DNA of 60,661 nt, the filler included, from Sphacelaria rigidula (taxonomy: Eukaryota): NCBI GenBank assembly GCA_964200075.2. It is 8 parts of 8 records of this genome, joined end to end, with 100 filler letters (N's around TTAATTAATTAA, not from the genome) between each part and the next. Parts side by side here need not be neighbours in the genome. Positions count along the whole stretch, not along the records: positions 45,572 to 53,066 come from CAXNAA020014661.1; positions 53,167 to 60,661 come from CAXNAA020014662.1; 6 more parts are not named here. One strand, written 5' to 3'. The notes under the pieces are model-generated. The model ran no database searches, had not been told where the DNA came from, and saw only the letters and a program-made list of their open reading frames with translations. The translations under genes were made by a program, and so were the position numbers. Below are positions 49,375 through 60,661 of the stretch, piece after piece (position 1 is the stretch's first letter; every line of letters begins with the position of its first letter).

Positions 49375-50780
49375 CAATAAATAACATACTCCGACGCTAA
49401 TTTACTTGTCAGCGCCCGAGTAAACCGCAGTTTACGCAGTACCTTCGAAACAAATTCAGGCGCAGAAGAATGAATCTTGCGAACAGACTCCCACGTACGT
49501 TCTTCAGCACCGAGCCCGTCTCAGTCGACCAAAAGAATGACATCACCATTGTCATCCTCAGCGACGGGCATCAAAACATTCATGCGACATTCACCTTGAG
49601 CACACGAAGGCTGAAATACATATTTCAGTTCCGCAGTGATGTGAACTGCGAGGCAGCATAGAAACGCAAACGAGCGACATGGGCCGAGTCTACGGCGCCA
49701 GAAACAATGTTCTGCACCGAATACACCTGCGCGTGGTCGCCTCCGACCACTCGCCACGGACCTGTCCATGTGGACATCAACGTCGGCGTCACACCTTGCC
49801 CACGAACACGGACATACAAGACGAATCTCCAACTGCAAACTTGGGCAGCACAGCCTGGCCCTCAGCAAGCTTGCGTTTGGTTTCGCAGACACCGCGACAG
49901 CAGCTTGCACTTCGTCACAAAACCGCACTTGCTCATCAACCACGCCTCGAACCTTGTCACTCAACGAATCAGCACCCATTACGTCGACGTTCCACTCGCC
50001 GCCAGTGACAGGAGCCAGCGAGGAAAACGCTGTACACGGCGCACGCCCAAACAGCACACAATACGGAGTGTGACGGTAGCGTTCAGGAAAAGAAATACTC
50101 AACGCCCACTGAGCGGCTGGAAAAACATCAACCCATTCATGCACCGTCCGTCGCTGTTCCGACAAAATTGACCGCAACGCACGGACAACCTCATTCACCA
50201 TGCATTCCACATTCGACCAAGGCGTATACGCGACAGCGAATTGGTGTTGCACCTTGAGCGCCTCGCTCAGCTGCGCGATCAATCGACTCTTGGAGTGCAT
50301 GGCGTTATCACGAAGCCACACACGCGGCATCCCCAAAGCCTTGCACCGATGGAGCAAGTGCTTAGCCGTAACCTCGGCGGTGCAAGCCTCGATCGGCTCC
50401 AACCAAACAAGATTGGACAAATCATCTATGATACGTACCGAAAGCCATCCTCATCAGACAAACCATTAGCACCATCAGGTCCGCTACTTCCGACGTATAG
50501 AAAATCAGAGTGAAACAAATTCACCTGGCGCAGTGTCATGCCTAGTATCGCCATACGGACGAGTTACAATCGCACCAGCACAAGTGTCTACACGATGCAA
50601 ACACTGGCGAACGAATTCACGACCGTGGGAATCCATATCAGGCCACACACACTATTCTTTCAAACGAAACAGAGTCGGCGCCACACACGATGATCAGCCC
50701 ACCGCATGTGAGCGCACATCATCTAGCGCGTTTGTAGAGCCTTATCATCCGACGGAATCCACAAAACATCACTACTGCCA
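49375..50780 (-). mobile_element. Degenerate Ty3/Gypsy integrase with GPY/F-like motif and chromodomain
   Basis: WPDM..FVRQC zinc-finger remnant, HSDFLYVG, DDLSNLVWL, RDNAMHS, AYTPWSN.VE, WVDVFPAAQWAL...TPYCVLFGRAP, LMSTWTGPWRVV...HVARLRFY, then chromo-like LLVD*DGLGAEERTWE. Confidence 0.9.
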
Positions 50781-53529
50781 ACACGCTAGCGAAACAAACT
50801 ATCGTCAACCAAGGCAGCTTGACCGAAAGTCGTAGGAAAGAATGAACACCAGTTGCCGACTGTTTTGCGCTGCGCGGTACGAATGACATCTAACGAGGGC
50901 AGCTAATCATTTGCACCACACGGGCTGTACACGGCAACGGAACGAAGAGGCACGGCAGGAACCTTCACCAAGCGACACAACGAATTTCCCCAACAATTGT
51001 GCTGTCCAGGAATGTATCCAATCGCATACCGATATCGACCGAGCACGCCTTTTCAATTTTCAAATTGTTGTGCCATGGCCTTCGTCACCGATGTGACACA
51101 CCCTTTGGGGAAAAAAATGCATTTCAGATGGGCAATGGCCTAGAAAAGGTATGCCTTCTCGTTTTTTGCCCCAAAAAGGTACGAAAAATGGCCAGAAACG
51201 CGAAAACAGCCAAACACGCCATGTTAATCGTTTTCGCTTCGGAGTTTTCGCGCAGATCGTTTGGGGGGGCCATTGGCACCCGGGACTCGAGAACAAACGG
51301 ATGAAAAACACGTCACTCGAGAGATATAGCCACGCAAAAAACGGACATTTCGCCTCCAGAAACCGCTCATCTATTGCAGGCCACATTCGCCGAGGTATAT
51401 CTGATCTAGGAGTTATTTTTCAATCGTACCTTATCTGGGCCACCGATCGGCCGAGAACATACCTCTGCGAGGCCATCGCTCTCTACACTGTGCCAGGGAG
51501 TCTACGTGCCAACTACAACCATGGCGCCCACACATTCGGCTCTTTTCCCGCTCATTTGTTCACGGTTGCAACAACGACCACGTCCCTTTCTCCCCGGAAA
51601 TGATTCCCGAGTCTCTCTGGATCGACAAAAACGTGGACGCACAACTCACAACGCGTCGGTCTTTTGTGAGACCGGGGTTTGTGAAACACCGTACTGTTCC
51701 GAACTCGGGGCTGGTGTCACGGTCAAGCTAGGCTCTTCCGTTACGAACGGGCGGTCGTCATATCATCGATGGCTGGTTCAGGCGAGGCGCGGTCCGGGAG
51801 TTAATCTCGGAGTGTAATTTTGACTCAATACAAATGTAACGGCGTTTTTCAACAGCCGGTTTCAGTTCGAAACAGTAGGAGCAGTTGTGATCAGTGGCTA
51901 CTTGGATTTCAATGAATTGCAAAGAGGGGTCACATTGAATATCGAGTTTTCGGTGAACCATCGGGCCAAAACAAACATAGGATGTAGTAACGAGGGGTCG
52001 CATCGACTTTTTTCAGTCCAGGGCGCACCCTGGGATTACGCAAACATTATGAGAGCTACGGTACGAGTCAGCTATCAGGGGCTGTATCTCGCGCAGTTTA
52101 CGTCGTGGTAATCGAGTGAACAACCTTGAGGTAGGGGGTGTTACTCACCATGGGCTGCTCACTTCTACCGCACTTTCTCGCAGTGGACTTGCAAATCCAT
52201 TCGGACTCAAACACCCGAAATGAAAACAATTCTCCGGATCATTTCCCCCGCTTTTTCAGAGCTTTCCCCCTAAGCTTTAGCCCACAAAGCTTAGTTTTGT
52301 TTCGTTTTCTAGAGCCCAAAAAGGGCGTTTTCTACAGCTCTTTTTGTAGGACCCCTTGCCTTCCACGGGGCGCTCCTTGGCGGGAGGTATTTTCTGTATG
52401 TTCGGGGAAACCCAGTTTTGCGGGAGCGTTCAAAGGCGGCGCACCGGGTTTCTTCGCTTCTTGTCCACCTGTCGGACGAAAACACACCACCCATCATACC
52501 GCTGACCTATACTTAGGAGCAGGGGGGCCGCTATAAAAAAACGTTTAGATCCAAAAAACACTCTCACTGACAACAGGATAAACGAGAAACAAGAACAAAA
52601 TAGTAGCGGCCGAAATCGAAGAAAAGCGGGGGCACAGAAAAAAGAAATACTCAAGCGTCGTATCTTTTTATGCCCAAAAACAAGAATCAAACGGAGCCTA
52701 TGGAGCAAAGGTCTGACTTTTCGTTGTTGTCCGCAAAAAACAGGGATGGTGAGACACGCCCTGAGCGTACTCAAGCTGACTGTGGAGTACCTACTGTTGG
52801 CACTGCAGACAGGGTTAGTGATATCATATCTTGGGTTCCCCACAGTTTGAGATTCTCCCTTTCTCTCCTTCGCTCATCATGGCCGCTGGACTAGCAGTTG
52901 AGATGACTCCTCGATGTACCCAGTGCATCATATCGCTGTTATCAATTGTCTTCAGGGGATACTCCCCTCTATTACTGGGGGCCTCTCGCCACCCCCTCAG
53001 TCTCAGAGCAATGCCACGGTAGGGGTGCACTTTTTTCGCGAAATTTTGTCTGGTTCAGGGGCTCCTNNNNNNNNNNNNNNNNNNNNNNNNNNNNNNNNNN
53101 NNNNNNNNNNTTAATTAATTAANNNNNNNNNNNNNNNNNNNNNNNNNNNNNNNNNNNNNNNNNNNNAATGCATAAAACGATTTCATGCCACCTTTGTTCA
53201 CGTCTCGCAGAGGGGGGGCGGGGGGAGGGCTACGGAGAAGGTTCAAGAAAAAATCATCCCGTTTTAGGGATAAACTTGGCCGCGGTTCCCGCTCCTCCGA
53301 CCCCCCAACCAGCTAGCCCACAACAATCCGTATAGATATACAGATGCCTATTCTTCCTCGCTTTACGAAACCAGTACTCGGCGTATCTACGGTAGTGTGA
53401 ACAGCAACCGATACTGGCTAGACAGCTTACAACTTAGATAAATAAACAATATTAAAATCAAGGCAAACATGTTTATCGAATACGGTCAACGTCGCACCAC
53501 CGTCAGGCGGACCTCATCTTTACCCCCAC

Positions 53530-56025
53530 CTTGCACTGGATTATTACACGGCTGTCGTTCCTGCAGACCTTAACGTGCGCCCACTCCCCAATGACGGTGC
53601 GACTGAACTTCAGGCCGTCTCTCACAGCAAACCAACCGGTTTCTCCGAGCCGCACGAGCAACGGAACGCCTTCTTCCTCGGCCCCACTCATGCGTTCGCG
53701 GATGCGTTGGAATGTGTTTGCATTTGTACTCCCTGCTGGCAGAGTTTCTAACACACGTTCAAACTCGGCCCCTCCGCGGAAAACCGGAATCGCTGATGCG
53801 ATCTGATCTGCCCGGTGCACCACCTGAGCATGATGGCAACGGACGCGGAGAGCGCTGTCTGTGCCACAAAGCTCGCTCGCTCTGCGGAGGTGCTCCACTC
53901 TGGAATATAAGGTTAATGGGTGCGCAGTGACCGAGAGCATATGCGAATTGCGGAAGTGAACGAATGTTGCGGTCACTGTAGCGTGAACAGCCATCTCTTC
54001 TGGGCGCTCGTGATACCACAAAAAATCGGCATAACGAAAAACACATATATAATATGTATCGAGCTTTCTCCCATAAAATACTCGGAGAAGCGACGGGCAT
54101 ACGCGTTGTCTTCTTACCTTATGCAAGCTGCCCGTGAGCACATGAACGTCTTCCCGTCCTTGTCCTTGATCACCGCTACGCGGAGACCGTTGTTCGATGT
54201 ACATACTGAGTACGTCGTGGCGTGTACGTCAGGGCCGACTGGAGTGCCCCCTCTCAACGTTGCTGCTGCAGCCGTCACCGGAGAGGAAGGGGTCTTGGTC
54301 GGCTTTGGAAGCTCGAAAACGCTACTCTTCACAGTACGGGTCTTCGCTCGTTCCGATCGCGCTAGGGCTGACATCGGCGCACTTGCCCGTACTCTTCGGG
54401 TGTGATCGGCAGCGATATGATACAGACAGATCGGATGGGAAGAGTACATCGGTCATTCACGGCGCCTTTCCTGGTGACAAAAAATGCGACGACAGTGAGA
54501 GGTGTAATATGTCGTACAGTACCACAACACGGCGTTGACCACCTTCCCTGTTTTGAACGTTAGCCTATGCCCCTCACCTTCGGAACATGCACCGCCCTCT
54601 GGTATGCCAGCAGCAGATGAAGGCATTATTTTCACCGTTTCCTTCCGCATCCCCTGCATCCTGCCATTTTTTAAGGCATGACCTGCACACCCAGTACTGA
54701 CAGGGTTCCTCCTTTCCACCCACATTCTCGCGGCCGCGGCATAAACCTAGGGCATCACCCACCACCCTTCCCTTCAAGTTATTACACCCGTGGCAACTTT
54801 TCATAGGAGTACCTTGCAATCCTTTCCGTCTCCCGTCCCGCGAACTACCAGTGGTATCGGTACGCGGGCGTTTCTTACCACCTTTGGATGGAACGGGGCC
54901 ACCGGAGGCAGCAGTTACCACCGCCTCTCTCGTACCCGCCACTCCTCCAGTGTTAGACCCTTCGGAATGCATACGCTCTGCACGAAAACCTTTCGCCATG
55001 CCGGCTGCTCCTCTCTCGTCGCGTACGCCGTCTGTTATGCCACTCGCGCCCATATTCAGCACTCGCGGTTCAAAACCACCCGCTAGAGAGCGAACACCGT
55101 TCACAATATCCGGAGACCGCCGAACATTATTCGACGGCCTTACACCTCCGGAGCGGATACCAGCAGCGGATACTATGCACGGTGACACTATCGCGCCATT
55201 TCGCTCCCTTTTACCCACCGGCGGGCCAGACACAATGCTCGGGGAAATCGGCGCCCTATTGCCGACCCTTGAACCCAAACGAGGACCAGATACAGTGTTC
55301 GGGGATGATGGCGCTCCTACACTCCTGTACTCAACGCGGGATACGGTGTCCATGGCCATCAGCGCATCCGGAGACCGCCGAACATTATTCGACGGCCTTA
55401 CACCTCCGGAGCGGATACCAGCAGCGGATACTGTGCACAGTGACACTATCGCGCCATTTCGCTCCCTTTTACCCACCGACGGGCCAGACACCATGCTCGG
55501 GGAAATCGGCGCCCTATTGCCGACCCTTGAACCCAAACGAGGACCAGATACAGTGTTCGGGGATGATGGCGCTCCTACACTCCTGTGCTCAACGCGGGAA
55601 ACGGTGTCCATAGCCATCAGCGCGCCGTTCCGCTCCCTTCCAACTACCGAAGGGCCAGATACAATACTCGGAGACGCCGGCGCTCCTACACGTCTGTGCC
55701 CAACGCGGGAAACAGTGTCCGTGGCCATCGGCGAGCTGCCCCGCTCCCTTCTACCCTCCGAAGGGCCAGAGACAGTGCTCGGGGAAATTGGCTCTCTACT
55801 GCCGACCCTTGAATCCAAACCAGGGTCAGATACAGTGTTCGGGGACGCTGGCGCTCCTACACTCCTGTGACCAACACGGGAAACGGTGTCCGTGGCCATC
55901 GGCGCGCCATGCCGCTCCCTTTTAAGCACCGAAGGGCCAGAGACAGTGCTCGGGGAAATTGGCTTGCTACTGCCGACTCCTGCGTCCGAACTAGAGCCAG
56001 ATACAGTGTTCGTCCCGTTGTTGAC
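53530..56025 (-). CDS. Intron-containing gene resembling the N-terminal region of a Zisupton/KDZ-type transposase (partial)
   Basis: Open, phase-compatible exons 56025-54578, 54393-54118 and 53899-53530 (or 53569). Product: Ser/Pro/Gly repeats, a Cys/His finger (CHGC...LC...CQYWVCRSC...FICCWH), then SWIM-like FMCSRAAC...RCHH and VLETL...AEEEGVPLLVRL...FAVRD...IGEWAHVK. Coding status is better supported than the family call. Confidence 0.65.
55108..56010. repeat. In-frame coding minisatellite (~51-60-nt subunits, 258-nt higher-order duplication)
   Basis: ATCCGGAGACCGCCGAACATTATTCG at 55108 and 55366; peptide units such as SPNTVSGPRLGSRVGNRAPI. Confidence 0.92.
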
Positions 56026-57473
56026 CTGAACAATATAAAAAAAAAGGAGGCGGGGAAATGGTGACCGATTCGTGGCAGAACGCTTTCGACGGTCTCGTGT
56101 ACATAGAATCCAAGACGTGCGCCTAGCCCCCTGCCCTACGACAAGTTGAAACACAAATTTTGGTCATCTTGTTCACAGCATGTATTGGCGAGCAGTTGTG
56201 AGCACATATTTTCGAATAACGGTACTTGAGATGACGGTGATCACGGGGCAGTCGGCCGGCCTATGCTAAGTTCGATATTGTGAAAAATATCCAAATAAAA
56301 TTGTAGCTGAACGTTTGGCGATAGATTCGTGCAATGCAACACGAGAGCGGGGGGAAAGTTATTGCAATACATCAGTCAAGGGCGAAACAAAATGACCCGG
56401 GACATGAATCTCACACAAATTCAAACTCTCGTACAGTAGGTGGTCCGGAATAGCGGCATATAGTGTCAGGAGGGAAAATGCCGCTATTCAGAGCAATACC
56501 GCTATTCCTCAACAGCGGTATTTTTGCCGCTATTGGGTACGGTAATAGCGGCAAATTTGCCGCATATAGAGAGGAGAAATGGCTGTGTGTTGTCTATTAG
56601 CGACAGCTGTTTGTGGAATCTAGTCCCCTGCGCGCTATTACGTAGTGGTGTGGGTTCTACTTCGGACGTGGTGTGTGGCCCCGTCGTAGCTTGGCATCTC
56701 CAAATGATATACAGCAGTTCCATTGTTGTTCTTGTGTTGTGCATCCATATAAATATGCTCCGATTTCTACCCAGCACGTTCACTGAGACGTCTGTATACG
56801 CTGCTCGTCCGAGCGACACGAGAATTTCTATTATCACAGGGTACCTTCGGTGTGACAAGAACTAAAACACAAGCATACACAGCGCGCAGGAGTTAAGTGA
56901 CACATATTTCCTTTTTTTTCATCCAGCGGGTCATGTAGGAAGAGTCCCAACACAAGAAGACCAAACCAGCAGACAGCGTAACAACAGGTACATTGCAGTT
57001 GCAGGCGCACAAACAGGTACGAATGCCGCTTTTGCGGGGGCCAAGAACCCCCAAAAGGCCGGTATTGAGGACATTAGCAAGTTTCGGGAATTAAAAACGG
57101 CCGAAAAAGTTCAGGGTTAAGGTCTACAAGGTGGGATTTAAGGCCAAGATATAATGAATTCCCCGAGTTAAACCCCGCAGACTGAACCCTGAGAAGAGAC
57201 GTGCGCAGCAACTCAGGATTAAGTTGAAAAATTGGAAAAAAAACTCTCAGTTGCTGAACAACCTGAAGCGTTGGTGCCCAACTCAGGGTTAGGAAACGGA
57301 GCTAGACACCCTGCCCCATAACGACCAAGGTTACAGAACACAGCCGTAGGACAAATATCATAAGTGGGGCGATGACGGATGCCGTGAACGCCTGCGACGG
57401 TGCTGGTGATAGTAGCTCATTTACGAGGGTGACTCAAGGCTACGAGGAAGACTTGGAGGCGAACGGGGGAGCC

Positions 57474-57696
57474 GAGACACCAGTCGACCTGGCTTATGAT
57501 GACGCGGAAGGGCCGTCGGCCGCTCAAGCAGTCGTTACAAGGACTTGACAAAATGGCCACCAAACGTGAGGCTTGCGTTAGCTCGCGCAGGTACACCGCC
57601 GTTGGGTGGCCATTTTGTCGAAGTCCTCGTAGCGGCTGCATGAGTGGCCCACTTTCGCCCTTCCGCGTCACCTCTAGCTAGGTCGACAGGTGTCTC
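57474..57696. repeat. ~220-bp imperfect hairpin (probable MITE)
   Basis: GAGACACCAGTCGACCTGGCT..TGACGCGGAAGGGC..GACAAAATGGCCACC pairs with GGTGGCCATTTTGTC..GCCCTTCCGCGTCA..AGCTAGGTCGACAGGTGTCTC; no TSD seen. Confidence 0.8.
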
Positions 57697-58919
57697 TGTT
57701 CCATCGAGACTGACTAAACTTTCTCAAAATATGCACACGCACACACACAGACATGTGCACACTTGTACTACAGACAGTACAGTACAGAACACGTACTACA
57801 GACACAGTATACACAACCATCTGCAGACAGTACAACAGTACAACTCTCAACTGTCACAACTTTTACTAGTGCTGTACCACACACCGACAGGTGGAGGGCT
57901 TGTGAATGACTAGCGGGCGCCGAAGTGCACTACCTGTGTGCGAAACGCTGTGTGCTGTGCCGGGTTCGTACCCGGAGGCTGTGTTGACGATACTGCTGTC
58001 GCGTATTCAACAGTACGGGGACAGCATAAACAACGATAGTCATGCTACGATAGGACGGGGGGGTATTTGGGGCCATTGCTTCCACGAAATTCAACTTCGA
58101 ACCATCGTTGTAAGAAGCAACTATCGTTCGAATGTGCGTGTTACCGATGGAGAGTGCTCCTTCATACTGCTTGACGCCATTTTAGCTAAATACAAGCGCA
58201 CGGCTGATATGTCAGGTTGCCCGAAACACAACCCTATATGAATCCTTTTTTCGGGGAATCAAGCACCGAACCTACTGTAGCACGGCTCTGTACATGCTCT
58301 TCCGCGCTGTACGGGTAGCACCGCATTGGTGGGCGCAGAGTACAAACGCAGAACAGCACGGCGCGGTTCTTACCTCTTCAACTCATGACACCAACCACGT
58401 GGCATTCGGAACAGAAAATGCCAAACTCTGAAAAGTTGGCCACCGTCCACACCTACGTGGTGAACAAAACAAAAACAAACCTGGGGTTCGAACGTGAACA
58501 ATCCATCCGTTTTTCTCTTATCCCTGAGTTATGTACTTTTCCCCCGAAACTCTCTATCGTGCTCAATAGCGGGTTTCTGCCGCTATATCGGGTCGAAGCG
58601 GTGGCAAGCGATTTCGACGCCGCTACAAGAGCTCCTAAAATTCTAACCTCAGAAAATATTTGTGTACCCCTACCGTGGCATCACTCAATCAGCCAAACAA
58701 TCGGTAACGATGGATGTACCCCTTGTCATGGTTGCGGTGCAGCACGGCAATAACAGCTACGTCAGTGTCTCCGGGCCTGTGTGAGTTCTCGATCAACACT
58801 TGGAATGAGTTACTTGTACCTGTTTATCGGCACCTTCTAGCTACACGGGACGTTCCACGATTTAGGACACCACTATATCGGGTCACCTACTGTATCTCAA
58901 CCGAACTAACAAATACTCT

Positions 58920-60620
58920 TTGTAAGGTCCACTCAAGGATCGGAAACACACATCTACAACGTCCATTTGAAATGTTGGCTCGAAATTCTGTGATTCGACA
59001 GCTTATTTGGTTATGTCGTAAAATAGTGAGTTCGCGACCGTGGGTATGAACCATGGGTTATACACGAAATACTACACTAAAATGGGAGAAAGTAGTTGGC
59101 GGATTAAGTTGCAAGCTGGCAAACTGACTGCACTCGATAAACAAAAATAGTCGCAACGGGGGCATTCGAGCAGCAACGAAACGTTTTGGCAGCAGGCTGT
59201 GCTGTAGTTTGCAGGGGTATGCTTGTTTCCGCCTTGTGCGTTCAACTAGACATATTATCATGTGCTTGAGAAAGGGAGGAAGGTCAGCTTTGAAACCGGT
59301 TTACCTCACCTGCTCGAGTCCAAACGCCACCAATTACCTGTGCGCAGCGGTTACTTCTGTACTATACTGTAGCATAGGGAGCAGCATGGGATGGGTAATA
59401 GCGCATTGCGGCTTCTGTCTAGGTGTACTGCCGCGGCGGCACAGGACACTCCCTATGCAGCGCAACCTCGCAGACGCGAGGCGCGAAATCATTAAAAAAA
59501 AATGCGCGAAAACACAGCCCACCATGGTCGCAGTTGCTCTTGGCGAGTCCGTCCTTATCGGCATGAAGCCTCTGCTCTGAGCTACGCCAGCGCACTGTTG
59601 GCACTATTTCGCTGTTTCCCTCGTTTTTGATCTTGGCCGTGAGTGGTGTGGTTTGGTGTGCCAGTATCGCAGCCGGAGCTAAAATGCAATGCTGCTTTTG
59701 ATCGTAGGCTGGTGCCACGGGGGATATGCTTATGACCGCCGAGGAGGGCTACTTCGAATAGAACCAAAGTTGAGAACCAAATGAAGTGTGTAACGGACAC
59801 AGATTTATTTCTTTTTTTCATGTCAACCATGATGTGGACACGTGTGAACTTGTGGACGACCCTGGTACTTACACAATGGTTCGTATGAAGTCCCTGAATG
59901 CTCGTCGTCTCGGAAATTGGTGTTATTTGGTGGCAATGGCGCAGCCAACCAGGGGTTGCATAGTGTCTGTCAAGATTTTGGAAAAAAGACAAAATGATTG
60001 TTGAATACACCGCTGCTGTGCTCCCGTGGTGTTACAGATGGAGAGCGTCCAGCAGGGGGGGTCTTTTTATCCCCTGTCATGTCAGGCACTTCCAATCCTG
60101 TGTGAAGCGCGGGTGCACTTTGATCTGCAAGCGCGCACCTGGCCACGCCGCGTATGGTGCCGCCGATGAAAGCCCAAAAGTTCGACAGCATCCCCTCCGA
60201 CTCATGGATAGCGGCGGTGAATCCCTCAAGTCAGTCTACGATCCCTGCCGCGCGGTGCTCAAGGAGGAGCCCCCACCTCTTCTCCATGAAATGCGGCATA
60301 CAGTTAACGTCTCGCAAATAATGCAGGAGTCACTAACCCCGAGCACCAGCGGCATATCTTTCAGACGGCAAGGGTATGCCAAGCGGAACAAGAGCATGCA
60401 CAACAGTGCCTCCCGAGCGCTCACAACGTACCCACACTTCGCACGTATCATATGTGAAATCCCGAGTGCTTCCAGGAGCACGATGATCTGCCCGCAAAGC
60501 ACGCGACACAAAACGAAATCCGGCGAGTATGTTCCTAACACTTGGTTGTGACCACGACCATATTCGTCGGGGATGTTCGTAGGATGGCCTGCGGTGTTCA
60601 GTAAGATACACCAAGTCAGG
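58920..60620 (-). pseudogene. Decayed PIF/Harbinger transposase (HTH + DDE_Tnp_4-like)
   Basis: LEALGI...GYVVSAREALLCMLLFRLAYPCRLKDM (HTH), FWAFIGGTIRGVAR (mutated IDGT), GGHKHI (GHK motif), QHCILAP, QAYP and NQIS...PILE remnants in the expected order; frameshifted. Confidence 0.8.
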
Positions 60621-60661
60621 GTAAGGTACAACAGTCTAGTGATATACCTGTTTGAGTTCCG

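Noticed and set aside
54851-55870. 339-aa plus-strand ORF
   Set aside because: It is the antisense shadow of the in-frame minisatellite; splice sites and Cys motifs support the minus strand.

Overview
Eukaryotic, intron-rich and repeat-rich nuclear DNA. It is probably from a stramenopile, most likely a brown alga; this is inferred from intron style, transposon types and the cullin sequence, not proven. The window is not one locus. It is 8 contigs (7496 bp, then seven of exactly 7495 bp) joined by identical artificial 100-nt linkers (N44-TTAATTAATTAA-N44), so adjacency across linkers means nothing. Most six-frame ORFs are spurious. Coding content: four exons of a cullin-4-like gene (+, 39474-43652); a spliced, frameshifted antisense membrane-protein (pseudo)gene whose exons appear to interleave with the cullin exons; three phase-compatible exons of an unidentified gene (-, contig 5); and an intron-containing gene resembling the N-terminal part of a Zisupton/KDZ-type transposase, with an in-frame minisatellite and a Cys/His finger (-, contig 8). 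Decayed elements: a LINE, a chromodomain Ty3/Gypsy end with a candidate LTR, and a Harbinger transposase. The rest is a tRNA-derived SINE family, several MITE/foldback families (some with readable target-site duplications) and microsatellites. All family assignments come from manual motif reading; no searches were run.
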